DNA of 64,000 nucleotides, taken from assembly GCA_963666365.2 (NCBI GenBank), contig CAXXNF010000002.1:2368001-2432000 (forward strand), written 5' to 3'. The notes under the pieces were generated by a model. It made no database searches. It saw nothing but the letters and a program-made list of their open reading frames with translations, and was not told the origin of the DNA. The position numbers and the translations under genes were made by a program. Source of the DNA: Syntrophales bacterium (lineage in GTDB: Bacteria > Desulfobacterota > Syntrophia > Syntrophales > UBA2210). This document shows positions 1-10,911 of the stretch, one piece after another; positions within the stretch are counted from its first letter, which is position 1, and each line of letters opens with the position of its first letter.

Positions 1-3000
1 CTCATACAACTGAACTGTGATGGAATCCCAGGCCGTATCATTGTTGGTTCTGTCAGGATCGAGGACCGCCCCGTTCACATCGGTGCGTACAAACACCTCA
101 TAGACACCGGAAATATACTTGGGCAGGCGGAAATTTTCCGTGCGGGTGTAGGACAGTCCCGCCCCGAGTCCCTGGGTCATGGTAAAGCTGCCGATCCGTA
201 CGGCCTTTGACCGATCGCCGTTCGGCGCAACGAATATGGCGTCCACCCAGGTGCCGGTCAGGGCACTCGGCCCCTCATTGCGCACGGTCCAGGTGATATC
301 CACCGCATCGCCGTCCTTTGCACTCTCCGGCGCGGTGACCGTCTCCACCACCAGGTCTGAGCGGGGCGCCACCGTATAGGTGACCTGTACCGGATCGGAC
401 ACCTTCACATTGTTGGTAGACTGCGCGGACGCGCCGTATATGAATTCATAGGGCCCGCCTGAAACAGCAGTCTTGACGAAGAGGTAGCGGGTCGCCGTCA
501 TCGGCTCGGCAATTACAAGATCGAGGGGAAGCGTGATCTCCACCGTCCGTGAATAGGTGCCATCGGGAGTGATGTTCCCTACGTGGGTAAAGCGTCCCAG
601 TTCCTTCGCCCCTGCCATGTCGGCGGTCGTGCCCAGATACACCGCATCGGCCCACTCAGGTACGGAGGTGGGTCCGATACCGCTGTTGGTGACGGTCCAG
701 CTCAGGGTAAAGGGAACACCCGTCGTAACGGCGTCGGCCACATCCACGCTGACCACTGTCAGATCGGCATAGGGCCGGAGCATAATGTCCACGAAATAAC
801 CCGGACCGGCCTGGTTGGCACCGTCGCCCGTATGCTCATAGACCGCATCATCGATATCGGTCACCACGAAGAGCGTGAATCGCCCCTGGGTCGAGGCTGG
901 AAGCAGGATGGTTTCCGAACGCTGATAGGACGTCCCCACGGGCATAAGTCCCGAATGGGTGAACCGCCCCACGATCCAGTCGTCCCCGTCGCCCAGCACC
1001 TCGTTCCGCGAGAGGATGACCGCATCCGTCCAGGTATCCACGGGACCGGCGCCCGTACCCTGATTGGCGACCGTCCAGGAGACGGTGAGATCGGCCGGAT
1101 CGCCAATGATCTGCTGCGGTGCCGCAACCGCGCTTACCGCGAGGTCGGCATAGGGCGCCAGTTCGACCTCCATCACGCTTGATACGCCGACGTCGTCTTC
1201 CAGTCCGTCGCCTTCGACAATCTCCCCGGCCGCATCGGTCTTCACCAGCAGATAGTAGGCACCTTCGATGCCGTTGGGAAGGGTCACGGAAAGGGTTTCA
1301 CTATAGGTCCCCGTTGCCGCGAGGATACCGGTATGAACCTTTTCACCAAGCAGCACGTCCCCCGCCGACAGGGATGCGTCGGTGGAAAGATAGATCCGGT
1401 CGATCCAGTCCGGACCGGCGGGACCGGAGCCGTTGTTGGCCACCGTCCAGGTGACATTCACCGCAGTGCCCGAAAGGGCATCGGAGGGCGCCTGCACGGA
1501 ACTCACCTGAAGGTCCCCGTGGACCAGGGTGACCGGTGCCGAATCCTTTCTGTTATTGTCCTCTGCGGTCCCCCGTTCGTAGACGGCGTTCGCTGCATCG
1601 GTTCTGACCATCCAGGTATACTGCCCGTCCGGCAGCACCGGCACGGTCACTGTTTCGGTCCGCGTGTAGGTCGATCCCACCGCAAGGGTTTCGGTGCGGG
1701 TGAAGGCACCCAGAAGCGTCTCCCCTCCCTGTCCGTCAGCCAGGTACAGTCTGTCGATCCAGGAAGCACCCGCTGCGGCCTGTCCCTTATTCTCCACGGT
1801 CCAGGATACTGCAGCGCTCTGCCCCACCACAGCAACGGGTCCCGCCACGGCGGTCACAACCAGATCGGGCAGCGGCGCCTGGGTGATGGTCACCGCACCG
1901 ATACTGGCGGCTGCGTTGTTGCCTTCCTCACCCGGTTCATTCACCTGATTGTAGACATCGGTGAGAACCAGGATTCGATAGGTCCCCTGGTCTGTATCGA
2001 GTGGCAGCAGATCCTGGGGAATCGCGATATCGACCGCCATCCCGTAACTCTCGTTCGATCCCAGGGATCCGGAATGTACAAAAGTTCCCAGATTCCTATC
2101 GCTGTTGACATCGAGCACGGCATCAGTGGACAGATAGACCCTGTCCCACCAGGCCGTTGCCAATGTGGCGGCCGTGCCGTGATTGGTCACCCGCCAGGCC
2201 ACCGCTATCTGGCCGCCCGTCAGGGCCGTCGCCGGCACGGTCACCGCATCCACCTGCAGGTCGGCAGGGGGCGTTGCGTACTCGATGGTCACGGTGCTCT
2301 CATAGCGGTTGTTCGCCTCGTCGCTTTCCGGCACCTGGTTCCAGACATCCACCTGGACGAGAAGTGTGTAGTCGCCTTCAACGGCCCAGGGGATCGTCAC
2401 CGAGGTGTTGCGGGTCACGCTCCCGCTCGCCGCCAGGGCCTGACTCTGGGTAAACGTGCCCACGGTGATATCGTCGTAGTTGCCAAAATAATCGTCCTGG
2501 GACAGCACAGCCCGCTCGTACCAGCCGGTATCGGCCGGGGCCGAGCCCTGGTTGGTGACGGTGTACGAAATCGCGAAGACCTGTCCGTTTTTTACGGTGG
2601 CTTCATGGGTCACTCCCGAAAGCACCAGATCCGGTGCGCTCAGTGCAACCATATGAACCGATGTGTTGTTGTCCTCATCCGCTTCGGGCTGCGACTTGTA
2701 GTGGTCGGTCGCCACAATGACGTACCAGTTCCCGGTGAGACCCCCCGGAATGTTCACCGATTTGGAAACACTGTAGCTCCCTCCCGATGCAAGCGCCGCG
2801 CTTCTCACCACAGTGGCAAGCAGCCGGTCGGCGCCATCCAGTGTGGTGTCGCTGCTGAGAAAGACCGCGTCGGTCCAGCCGGTCGTCGCGGCGCCGGCGC
2901 CGGAATTCGTCACCGTCCAGTCAACCGCAAGGGACTTGCCCGCCGCTGCGGTTGCCGGTACCGTCGCCGCCACCGTGAGATCAGCGGAACGCACTTCCAA

Positions 3001-6000
3001 AGCCACCGCCGTCGTGTTGTTGGCGACGTCTGTCTCGCTCTGCTGGCCGTAGGCGTCGGTCACAAAAAGCAGATAGCGGGCGCCGGTGCCGATGGAGGCG
3101 GGAATGGGCACCACGTTTCCGGCGCTTCTGGTGACCGTGTAGACGCCCCCTGCTGCCAGCGCCTCCGTGTTGGATATATTAAAGGATGCAAGAAGCGTAT
3201 CGGCTGAATCGTAGACGGTGTCATCGGACAGAAACACCATATCCCACCAGGACTTGGTGGCGGGGCCGTTACCGTCGTTTTTCACGGTCCAGCTCAGGGC
3301 GATGCGTTCGCCCCAGGAGGCCGATGCCGGCGCTGTCGTCGCCGTGACAATCAGATCCGCCGCGTTGAAGGTGATCGCCTGGGTCTTGACGTTGTTCCCT
3401 TCGTTGGCTTCTACCTGGCCGTTTCCTGCATCGGTCACGAAGATAAGATAGCCGGCGCCGCTGAGCCCGGCGGGGAGGTTCGCCTCGGTGGTCACCGTGT
3501 AGGTTCCCCCGGCCGCTGCGAGGGGGATATGATTCGCCGCCGAGAGGGAAAGCACCAAAATGTCCGTATCGGGATTCCACTGATCGTCCGTCGAGAGATA
3601 GACCCGGTCGTACCAGGTCGCCATGGCTGCCCCGGTTCCCTGGTTCACCACGGTCCAGGAAAGGCTTATGCGCTCGCCCCAGCTCGCCGTGGCCGGTGCG
3701 GTGACGGCCGTAATCTGAAGATCAGGATCACTGATCACCACCTGCCGCACCACGGTGTTGTTGGCGATGCTGGTCTCCCCCTGCACACCGTCACCGTTTA
3801 CCACAAAAATAAAATAGCGTGTACCCACTTCTCCCGCGGGGAGCACCACCTGGCGGCTTCCGGAATAGCTCGCCCCGGCGTTCAGCGGTGTCTGCGCCGA
3901 GATGTATTCGCTTACGAGAAGCCGCGCGCTCTGATCCAGTGTCTGCGATGAAGAGAGGTAGATCCGGTCGTACCAGTCCGCATAGGCGGTGCTGGCACCG
4001 GAATTGGTCACCGTCCAGCCGAGCAGTACCGCCTGACCCACGGCCGCGGTGGCCGGAGCACTTACGGCGACGAGATTCAGATCCGGTGGCTGCTGAATGG
4101 TGATTGCCTGCGCGGTCCCGGCATTGTTCGTCTCATCCGATTCGCTTTGCACCTTTCCGCCGTCGGTCACCACAATCAGGTACTTATAGTCGGTCGCCGA
4201 ATTGGGAAGCGTCACCACGCCCGATCGGGTATAGGTAGCGCCCGCAGCCAGGGGTGAGAACGCCGATGCGCTGAATGAACCCACCAGTTCATCGTCGTTG
4301 GTCAGCGTCTGGTCATAGGACAGATAGACATAGTCGTACCAGTTTCCATAGGCCCCGCCCTGACCAGCATTCGATACGGTCCAGAATACCGTGATCGACT
4401 GCTGCACCGCCGCCTGGGACGGCGCAGTCACGCTGGTGACGGTCAGATCGGGAATTTCTATCGTCAGTGCGGCCGACATGCCCGTGTTGTTCGTCTCATC
4501 GCTTTCCCCCTGTTCGTCATAACCGTCGGCCTTGACAAAGAGATACCAGGTACCCACCGACACCTGGGGCAGTGTGACCATCCGTGTTACCGTATAGGAC
4601 GCGCCCGGGGCCAGGGGGGTCAATGCCGCTACATCCTCGGCATGGACAAAGCGGTCCGTGCCCGTATTGAGCACCGTGTCGGAGGACAGATAGACCAGAT
4701 CGCGCCAGTCGCCGGGGGCTTGTACCGTCGTGCTGGCATTCGTGATGGTCCAGCTGATTTCCACCGCGGCGCCCGGGGCCGCCTTCGAGGGACCGGTCAC
4801 CTGATCCACCCGCAGATCGGGCACCGAAACGGTCAGCATGGCCGGCGCCGTGACATTGTTCCCCTCGTTCGATTCCCCCTGGTTGTTATAGACATCAGCC
4901 GCCACGAACAGATAATAGGTGCCGGCCGCGAGTGCGGGGAGCCTTACCGATTTTATAGTGGTATAGAAGGCGCCGGAGGCCAGCGGGACACGATCCGACG
5001 CGGAAAAGACGCCGATTCTGGTGTCCACCTCGGGATCGAACAGGGTATCCTCGGAGAGATAGACCCCGTCGGACCAGGCCCGGAGCGCCGGGGAAGAACC
5101 GCTGTTAGCCACCTTCCAGGAAAGCTGCAGCGCTTCCGAAGAGGCGGCGGCGGTAGGTACGGCAACCCAGCTGACCACCAGGTCCGGTGCGGTGAGCGTC
5201 AGGGCTACGGCCGTCACGTTATCGTTTTCGCTCGTCTCACCCTGAGTTCTCGAACCGTCAGCCAGAACAAGCAGATAGGACGTCGATGCCGTCCAGGTGG
5301 AAGGAAGGGCGACCTGGGTCGAAAGCGCCGTGCCGTATGCGGACTGGGCGGCAAGCGGGGTCTGACCCGCCGCCGAGGCGGCGCCCAGGTAAGTGTCGCC
5401 CGGATCAAGGGTCTGATCGACCGACAGATAGAGATAGTCGTTCCAGTCGGCCGCCGCCGGTTCGCTGCCCGAGTTGGTGACCTTCCAGGATATGGTCACG
5501 GTCTCGCCGAGTACGGCGGAGGCGGGCGCGGTGACATCACCGGCAGCGACAATAAGATTGGGTGCCGTCAGCGTGATGGCCGAATAGGCCAGGTTGTTCG
5601 TCTCGTCAGTCTCCCCCTGATAGCCGGAGGCGTCGGCCGCAAAGAGCAGATAGCGGCTCCCGATGCCCGTCTCGGGAAGGAAGAGATCCCTTGTTTCGGT
5701 GTACCCGGCATTCGGCGCCAGCGGCCTCTGCGTGTACGGCGGCACGGTAAAGCTTCCCAGCAGGGTGTCCCCTTCGTCCAGCGCCGTGTCATCGGAGAGA
5801 TAGACACTGTCGTACCACCCCGTGGTGGTGTCATACTGTCCGATATTCTCTACGGTCCAGCTCACCGTGATCGTCTCGCCCAGCACTGCCGACGCGGGGG
5901 CGGTTACCGCGGTCACGTCCAGATCGGGGGCGTTCACCACTATCTGTACGGCATAGGAGTTGTTGGCGTCGTCCACTTCGGCCTGGTAGTTGCTCCCGTC

Positions 6001-9000
6001 GGCCTCGAAGATCAGCCACAGCACGCCGACGGAGTCGCCCGGCAGGGACATTGTATAATCGGACACCGTGTAGGAGGCGCCGCCGGCCAGACCGCCGGCA
6101 TTGTTCCGATAGACGCTCCTGAGCCTGGTGTCGAAGGCATCGAGGGTGTTGTCGCTGCTCAGATAGATGTAATCATACCAGCCGGAGGCATTTGCCGATC
6201 CCGTATGGTCGTTGGTGACGGTCCAGGAGACCTGGATGGACTGCCCCGCCGAGGCGGCGGCAGGGACCGTGGGTGCCGTCAGTATTTTCAGATCGGAGTT
6301 TTCAATGGTAATCGACCGCGCGCCGGCATAGGAATTGGCCTCCACGGGATAATTGTTCGTGTTGTCCGACTCACCCTGATTTCCGGTCCCCTGGTTGTAG
6401 GCGTAATCGGTGCAGAACTGGAGCCAGTAGACACTCGTCTGATCGGCAGGGTTGGGGAGTGTGATATTCGGCAGACGCATCTTGCGGGTCACCGTATAGG
6501 AACCCGCGGAGGAGGAGGTCACCCAGGCGGGGGCATACTCGGGGGAGGTGCTGTAGTAGCCGCCGATCATGGACCCGTCGTGACCGCCGGCGGAAGAATC
6601 CGCCGCGATCAGGCCGGCGCCGTCGTCGAATTTCCAGTAGCCTGCCAGACCCGTTTCGGAACCGGAGAGCGTCTGCGACCGGTCGGCCTCGATTTCGGGA
6701 CCGCTTCGGGCACGGTTCCACACCCGCACCTCGTCAATATAGCCATAGAAGTAGTCGGAGCGATCCGCGGGATTGCTGCCGATGACGACGTCCCTGTCGG
6801 CGGTGGCGTACTCGATGGCGCCGGTGGAGAAGGATTCTCCATCCTTATAGAAGGTAATGCCGAAGCCCACCTGGAAGACGGCGGCCAGGTGCTGCCATTT
6901 TCCCACCTCGACGGCAAGCCCCGTGTCTATGCTTTCGATCCCGTTGCAGACATGCCAGGTGTTCCCCTCCTGGAGGATGCTCCATTCCCTCCCATTGTAA
7001 TAATTGGATGTGCTGATCACATACCGCTGTCCCGAACTGCTCAACACCGGGAGGACCCAGGCCTCAAAGGTCGCCCCTGATCCCGCCGAGCTCTGATCGA
7101 TATTGAGTGTGGTTTCCACCCGTCCGTAGCTGCCGGAAAAGAGGAGCGCCGTCTGACCCTCGGACAGGAAAAAGCCCAGGTAGTCCTGCTGGGTGTACCC
7201 TTCATAGTCGGCGCCCCAGGCCTGCTCCTGGGAAAGGAAGATCATATCATACCACTGCCCTGCCGCGGGACCGTCGCCCTGATTTGTCACCGTCCAGGAG
7301 ACATCAATGACACCCTGGGAAGACCCTGAAGAGGGCGCTAAGGTTTCGGTTACCACCAGGTCGGGGGCAGGATTTATAGTGATCGGTATCGCCCGCGTGT
7401 TGTTGCCGCTGTCGGTCTCGCCCTGATAGTCGTAACGATTGGCGACCAGAATCAGGTAGAACTCACCGGGACTGGCCGGGTTGATCCGGAAGGAACCGCT
7501 GTTCGTGTAACTCGCGCCCGGCGCTAATGGAAGCAGATGGGCCGATGAAAAACTCTGCAGGTGGGTGTCGCCGTACTGATCGAAGACGGCGTCCGCAGAG
7601 AGGTACACATAATCATACAGATCGGAAGAGCCGGCCGCATAGGCCCCCTGGTTTTTCACCGTCCAGGAAAGCGTGATCAACTCGCCCCAGGACACCGTTT
7701 CGGGGGCCGTTACCGACGTGATGATCAGATCAGGTCCCTGCACATCGGCGGTCAGGGCCGCCACGTTATCCGTCTCGTTGGTCTCAAGGTAGTACCTGGA
7801 GTAATCGGTTACCACCAGGATATAGTATGACCCGGAGGGCATCGAGGGAATCTTCGCGTTCACGCTCTTCTCATAACTGTCGCCCGGCGCGAAGGGGGCA
7901 CCTTCAGAATAGTAATTGTACGTGGTGGTTAGACGCGTGTCATTATTGTCCCAGACGGCGTCGGTGGAAAGATAGACGGCGTCATAGATATAATACGTAT
8001 AAGAGGTGGAACCGGTGTTGGTCACCGTCCAGTCCACCATCACCTCCATCCCCATGAGCGCCGTGTCCGTTCTGGCCGGTGTGTAGATGATCCGGGCGAG
8101 ACCCTTTCCGGTGTCGTTCGACCGGTACCATGTCGACGGGTCCGAGACACCTACCCTATAGGTCCCGGCAGAAAGGGTGACATTGACCTCGGCGGTCCAG
8201 TCATAGGAACCTTCGCTCACGGCCGTCCAGGCGCCCACGGTCGATCCGTCCTGTCTATAGACGGACAGCGTCACCTGAGGTGCATTGTAGGAATGCCTCG
8301 TGGTGATCGAAGCAATCGTGGCCTCTTCCGCCAGCGTAAATGTCATAGGAACTGTGGGGGCGGTATAAGAATGAGAATCACCCAAGTTTCCCGTCGTGAC
8401 CGGTGCCGGGGTCCAGGAGGCGCCGCTTATGGTCAGGTTCCCCTCCCCCAGGGTCAGGGCGACGGCACGCACGTTGTTCGCTCTGTTCAGTTCGCTGCCG
8501 CTTGGATTTCCATAATAATCAACTCCCGTCACCACCAGGAGATACTTGTTCCCCGGCAGCGCCGTCGAGGGGATGGTGACGCTTTTTTCGACCTGGTACG
8601 AGGCGCCGGGGCCGAAGGGCGCACTGAATCCCTCGGCATAACTTGCATACTGATATCCCATGCTCGTATCTTCCTGGTCCCAGACCTGATCATCGGAAAG
8701 GTAAAATCTGTCGTACCAATTGGTAGTGAATGTGTTTGCATCACCACTGTTCCTGACCGTGTACGTCACAGTAAGTGAAAGATTATTGCCGCCGACGACA
8801 CTGCGATCCGTGCTAGCAGCGGTCACTTCCAGGTCGGGTGAGGGCATGTCAACAGCCACGGCAGCGACATTGTTGGTTTCCGATCCTTCCACAAGACTGT
8901 TGTTGACATCCGCGACGAACAACAGATAGGCGCCGGTCCGATTCGTGGGCAGCGTGATGCTCATAGTACGGTCGAAGGTGCCGCCCGAATCCAGGGTGCC

Positions 9001-10911
9001 GGATTCGTACTTCTCCCAGTAATAGCTGCTGTAATCATCGCTGGAGAGGACGCTGTCATAGGATAGATAGACCTTATCATACCAGTACTGGTAGGTAGCC
9101 CCGTCACCCTGATTGGCCGTCGTCCAGGATACCTGTATGGTTTCGCCGGCCGTCGTCGTGCCGCTGTCGACGGAGGCACCGGTAATCGTAAGATCGGGGG
9201 GAATGAAGTGCACCGATATCGCTTCGGCCCGGACATTGTTCGTTTCACTGCTCTCGGGCTGCAGGCCGGTATAATCGGCCCTGAAGAGCAGGTGCGTCCA
9301 GGCACCGTAGGGAATGGTTACGTTCTGATTGACCGTATAGGATTCACCCGCGGCCAGACCGCCCCGGCGCTCTACTGAGATCAAAAAGGGATCGGCCTCG
9401 TCCCACAGGTTATCGGTAGAGACATAGACCCGGTCCCACCAGCTTGTGATGCCCGCCGCCGCATCGCCCCCATTGGTCACGGTCCATGAAACGTCCACCG
9501 CGGCGCCGGCATCCACCGTTTCCGTGGGGACCGTCGCGGCGCTCACCGTCAAATCGGCCCCAGGAGGCGACACCGTCGCGGGCGCGGCAGCGCTGATATT
9601 GTTCGTGCGGTCCGCCTCCATGGCGCCCGTCGCGGTCGGCGGATTGACAACGGCAAAGAAATTGGTCGATCCGACGGGAACGGCGCTTCCCGGCGCAAAG
9701 GTCACCGTGCCGGACGCATTTCCTCCGGCGGACACAGTGCCGAGACCGTCAATGGGAAACTCACCTACGTAGGTATCGCCGTACTGGTCCCAGGTCTGAT
9801 CGGGCGATGCATAGACGCCGGCATACCATTGGCCGTTCAATCCCGTGGCGTCATCCGGCCCGGCATTCGCCACGGAGAGCGTGGCTGTCACCGGCGAACC
9901 GGAAATCACCTCGGCGGGGACGGTGAAAGAATTCACCGACAGATCGAAATTCGGTTGCAGGGTAATCGTCAGTGTGTAGGCGCCGGTAACACCAGTACCA
10001 AGGCTCGTTGCTCTGGCAACATAATTTACACCTTGTTCTGCGGTGAATATTATCCGTGAATTGAGTCCCTCTCCACTATCGTCGTCTGACTTAATTGAAG
10101 CACCGGTGTCTCCATTCACAAGATAGAGATAGGCGTCGAAATTCGCTACCAGATCGATGGTGATGGGCTGACCCGCCTGAAAGGACACATAGTCGCTCAG
10201 CAGATAGTCATCGTAATACTTCCCTGTGCTCAGGGGGTTATCGGGATCATCGGCCGTGAGTTCCCCTTCGATGACCTCGGTCCCCGCGGCCATCGGCGCC
10301 GCGGCCAGAGGGATCAGTTCCAGCGGCTCACAGACCAACGCGCTTCCGGCATACACCTCTCCGTCACTGCCGTCGGTTTCGGAATTACTGGTAATTTCAA
10401 GGATACCTTGCCCCGAGGGGGGGCTGTGGGGCGCCGTCAGTGTGGCGACCATCATCTCCGTCACGGACACATACCCGGCCGCGGGACGCCCCTGATCGGT
10501 AACAAGCAGATTTTCCTCATGGTTTTCAGTCCCTGGCAGCCCCTCGGCAGTGCTCAAGAACAGGGAAATTTCTTCCGCCGGCAGGCCTTCATCGACCGCT
10601 TCATCCTGTGACGGATCGTCACCACTCGATTCGACTGCGGTCAGAGAAAGGGCGTCCGCGAGGGGAAGTCCTTCAAAAAGGTCTGATGCATAGAGTAAGG
10701 CCGAGGGGGCGGCATCGCCCGTATCGGCAGGGGATTCCACCGTTGTGACGGGCACTTCGATCGGCGATTCCGGTTCCCGCAGGTCAGCATCAAAGGTATC
10801 GGCCACCGCGGCATAGAGGTACGACGCCGCAGGCGCCATATCCGCGGACAAGAGCACCCTGGGTTCAAGCCCCTCGAGCTCAAATCGGTTATGTGGGTCA
10901 CCCTTTGCCAT
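1..10911 (-). CDS. Giant LEPR-XLL / CARDB-repeat surface or secreted protein (3'-partial, >=3,637 aa)
   Basis: Translated by hand from ATG at 10911: MAKGDPHNRFELEGLEPRVLLSAD (LEPR-XLL motif). The same frame reads ...DPDRTNNDTAWDSITVQLYE at positions 60-1. The track lists no ORF from this ATG, consistent with no in-window stop. About 24 units of ~120 aa with PDLxVxxVxAP / WTVxNxG / WxDxxYLSxD / ExxExNN. PPC-like domain at ~10260-9960; LamG-like domain at ~7150-6610 (TFEAWV, WQHLAAV, FYGYIDEVRVWN, LAGYWKFDDG). Confidence 0.93.
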   Translation of the reverse strand, partial: MAKGDPHNRFELEGLEPRVLLSADMAPAASYLYAAVADTFDADLREPESPIEVPVTTVESPADTGDAAPSALLYASDLFEGLPLADALSLTAVESSGDDPSQDEAVDEGLPAEEISLFLSTAEGLPGTENHEENLLVTDQGRPAAGYVSVTEMMVATLTAPHSPPSGQGILEITSNSETDGSDGEVYAGSALVCEPLELIPLAAAPMAAGTEVIEGELTADDPDNPLSTGKYYDDYLLSDYVSFQAGQPITIDLVANFDAYLYLVNGDTGASIKSDDDSGEGLNSRIIFTAEQGVNYVARATSLGTGVTGAYTLTITLQPNFDLSVNSFTVPAEVISGSPVTATLSVANAGPDDATGLNGQWYAGVYASPDQTWDQYGDTYVGEFPIDGLGTVSAGGNASGTVTFAPGSAVPVGSTNFFAVVNPPTATGAMEADRTNNISAAAPATVSPPGADLTVSAATVPTETVDAGAAVDVSWTVTNGGDAAAGITSWWDRVYVSTDNLWDEADPFLISVERRGGLAAGESYTVNQNVTIPYGAWTHLLFRADYTGLQPESSETNNVRAEAISVHFIPPDLTITGASVDSGTTTAGETIQVSWTTANQGDGATYQYWYDKVYLSYDSVLSSDDYSSYYWEKYESGTLDSGGTFDRTMSITLPTNRTGAYLLFVADVNNSLVEGSETNNVAAVAVDMPSPDLEVTAASTDRSVVGGNNLSLTVTYTVRNSGDANTFTTNWYDRFYLSDDQVWDQEDTSMGYQYASYAEGFSAPFGPGASYQVEKSVTIPSTALPGNKYLLVVTGVDYYGNPSGSELNRANNVRAVALTLGEGNLTISGASWTPAPVTTGNLGDSHSYTAPTVPMTFTLAEEATIASITTRHSYNAPQVTLSVYRQDGSTVGAWTAVSEGSYDWTAEVNVTLSAGTYRVGVSDPSTWYRSNDTGKGLARIIYTPARTDTALMGMEVMVDWTVTNTGSTSYTYYIYDAVYLSTDAVWDNNDTRLTTTYNYYSEGAPFAPGDSYEKSVNAKIPSMPSGSYYILVVTDYSRYYLETNETDNVAALTADVQGPDLIITSVTAPETVSWGELITLSWTVKNQGAYAAGSSDLYDYVYLSADAVFDQYGDTHLQSFSSAHLLPLAPGASYTNSGSFRINPASPGEFYLILVANRYDYQGETDSGNNTRAIPITINPAPDLVVTETLAPSSGSSQGVIDVSWTVTNQGDGPAAGQWYDMIFLSQEQAWGADYEGYTQQDYLGFFLSEGQTALLFSGSYGRVETTLNIDQSSAGSGATFEAWVLPVLSSSGQRYVISTSNYYNGREWSILQEGNTWHVCNGIESIDTGLAVEVGKWQHLAAVFQVGFGITFYKDGESFSTGAIEYATADRDVVIGSNPADRSDYFYGYIDEVRVWNRARSGPEIEADRSQTLSGSETGLAGYWKFDDGAGLIAADSSAGGHDGSMIGGYYSTSPEYAPAWVTSSSAGSYTVTRKMRLPNITLPNPADQTSVYWLQFCTDYAYNQGTGNQGESDNTNNYPVEANSYAGARSITIENSDLKILTAPTVPAAASAGQSIQVSWTVTNDHTGSANASGWYDYIYLSSDNTLDAFDTRLRSVYRNNAGGLAGGASYTVSDYTMSLPGDSVGVLWLIFEADGSNYQAEVDDANNSYAVQIVVNAPDLDVTAVTAPASAVLGETITVSWTVENIGQYDTTTGWYDSVYLSDDTALDEGDTLLGSFTVPPYTQRPLAPNAGYTETRDLFLPETGIGSRYLLFAADASGYQGETDETNNLAYSAITLTAPNLIVAAGDVTAPASAVLGETVTISWKVTNSGSEPAAADWNDYLYLSVDQTLDPGDTYLGAASAAGQTPLAAQSAYGTALSTQVALPSTWTASTSYLLVLADGSRTQGETSENDNVTAVALTLTAPDLVVSWVAVPTAAASSEALQLSWKVANSGSSPALRAWSDGVYLSEDTLFDPEVDTRIGVFSASDRVPLASGAFYTTIKSVRLPALAAGTYYLFVAADVYNNQGESNEGNNVTAPAMLTVSVPDLRVDQVTGPSKAAPGAAVEISWTITNASTTVQAPGDWRDLVYLSSDTVLNTGTDRFVHAEDVAALTPLAPGASYTVTRMVTLPQVSVGTWYLFVKADGYDEQGESDETNNTGMSAALTIEIPDLTVTSVTAPSQAAVQQSITVFWTVSNAGQGGAYGNWYDYVYLSYDQTLTNDDELVGSFSASAFSPLAAGATYTRSGVVTLPNSATDYKYLIVVTDGGKVQSESDETNNAGTAQAITIQQPPDLNLVAVSAPATAAVGQAVLLGWTVTNSGASTAYADWYDRIYLSSSQTLDQSARLLVSEYISAQTPLNAGASYSGSRQVVLPAGEVGTRYFIFVVNGDGVQGETSIANNTVVRQVVISDPDLQITAVTAPATASWGERISLSWTVVNQGTGAAMATWYDRVYLSTDDQWNPDTDILVLSLSAANHIPLAAAGGTYTVTTEANLPAGLSGAGYLIFVTDAGNGQVEANEGNNVKTQAITFNAADLIVTATTAPASASWGERIALSWTVKNDGNGPATKSWWDMVFLSDDTVYDSADTLLASFNISNTEALAAGGVYTVTRSAGNVVPIPASIGTGARYLLFVTDAYGQQSETDVANNTTAVALEVRSADLTVAATVPATAAAGKSLAVDWTVTNSGAGAATTGWTDAVFLSSDTTLDGADRLLATVVRSAALASGGSYSVSKSVNIPGGLTGNWYVIVATDHYKSQPEADEDNNTSVHMVALSAPDLVLSGVTHEATVKNGQVFAISYTVTNQGSAPADTGWYERAVLSQDDYFGNYDDITVGTFTQSQALAASGSVTRNTSVTIPWAVEGDYTLLVQVDVWNQVPESDEANNRYESTVTIEYATPPADLQVDAVTVPATALTGGQIAVAWRVTNHGTAATLATAWWDRVYLSTDAVLDVNSDRNLGTFVHSGSLGSNESYGMAVDIAIPQDLLPLDTDQGTYRILVLTDVYNQVNEPGEEGNNAAASIGAVTITQAPLPDLVVTAVAGPVAVVGQSAAVSWTVENKGQAAAGASWIDRLYLADGQGGETLLGAFTRTETLAVGSTYTRTETVTVPVLPDGQYTWMVRTDAANAVYERGTAEDNNRKDSAPVTLVHGDLQVSSVQAPSDALSGTAVNVTWTVANNGSGPAGPDWIDRIYLSTDASLSAGDVLLGEKVHTGILAATGTYSETLSVTLPNGIEGAYYLLVKTDAAGEIVEGDGLEDDVGVSSVMEVELAPYADLAVSAVAAPQQIIGDPADLTVSWTVANQGTGAGPVDTWTDAVILSRNEVLGDGDDWIVGRFTHSGLMPVGTSYQRSETILLPASTQGRFTLFVVTDIDDAVYEHTGDGANQAGPGYFVDIMLRPYADLTVVSVDVADAVTTGVPFTLSWTVTNSGIGPTSVPEWADAVYLGTTADMAGAKELGRFTHVGNITPDGTYSRTVEITLPLDLVIAEPMTATRYLFVKTAVSGGPYEFIYGASAQSTNNVKVSDPVQVTYTVAPRSDLVVETVTAPESAKDGDAVDITWTVRNEGPSALTGTWVDAIFVAPNGDRSKAVRIGSFTMTQGLGAGLSYTRTENFRLPKYISGVYEVFVRTDVNGAVLDPDRTNNDTAWDSITVQLYE

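Noticed and set aside
179..10901. Many ORF-track entries, including 624-aa (1333..3207) and 812-aa (4642..7080) plus-strand ORFs
   Set aside because: Antisense or alternate-frame shadows of the GC-rich giant minus-strand gene; Arg/Gly/His-rich with no motifs.
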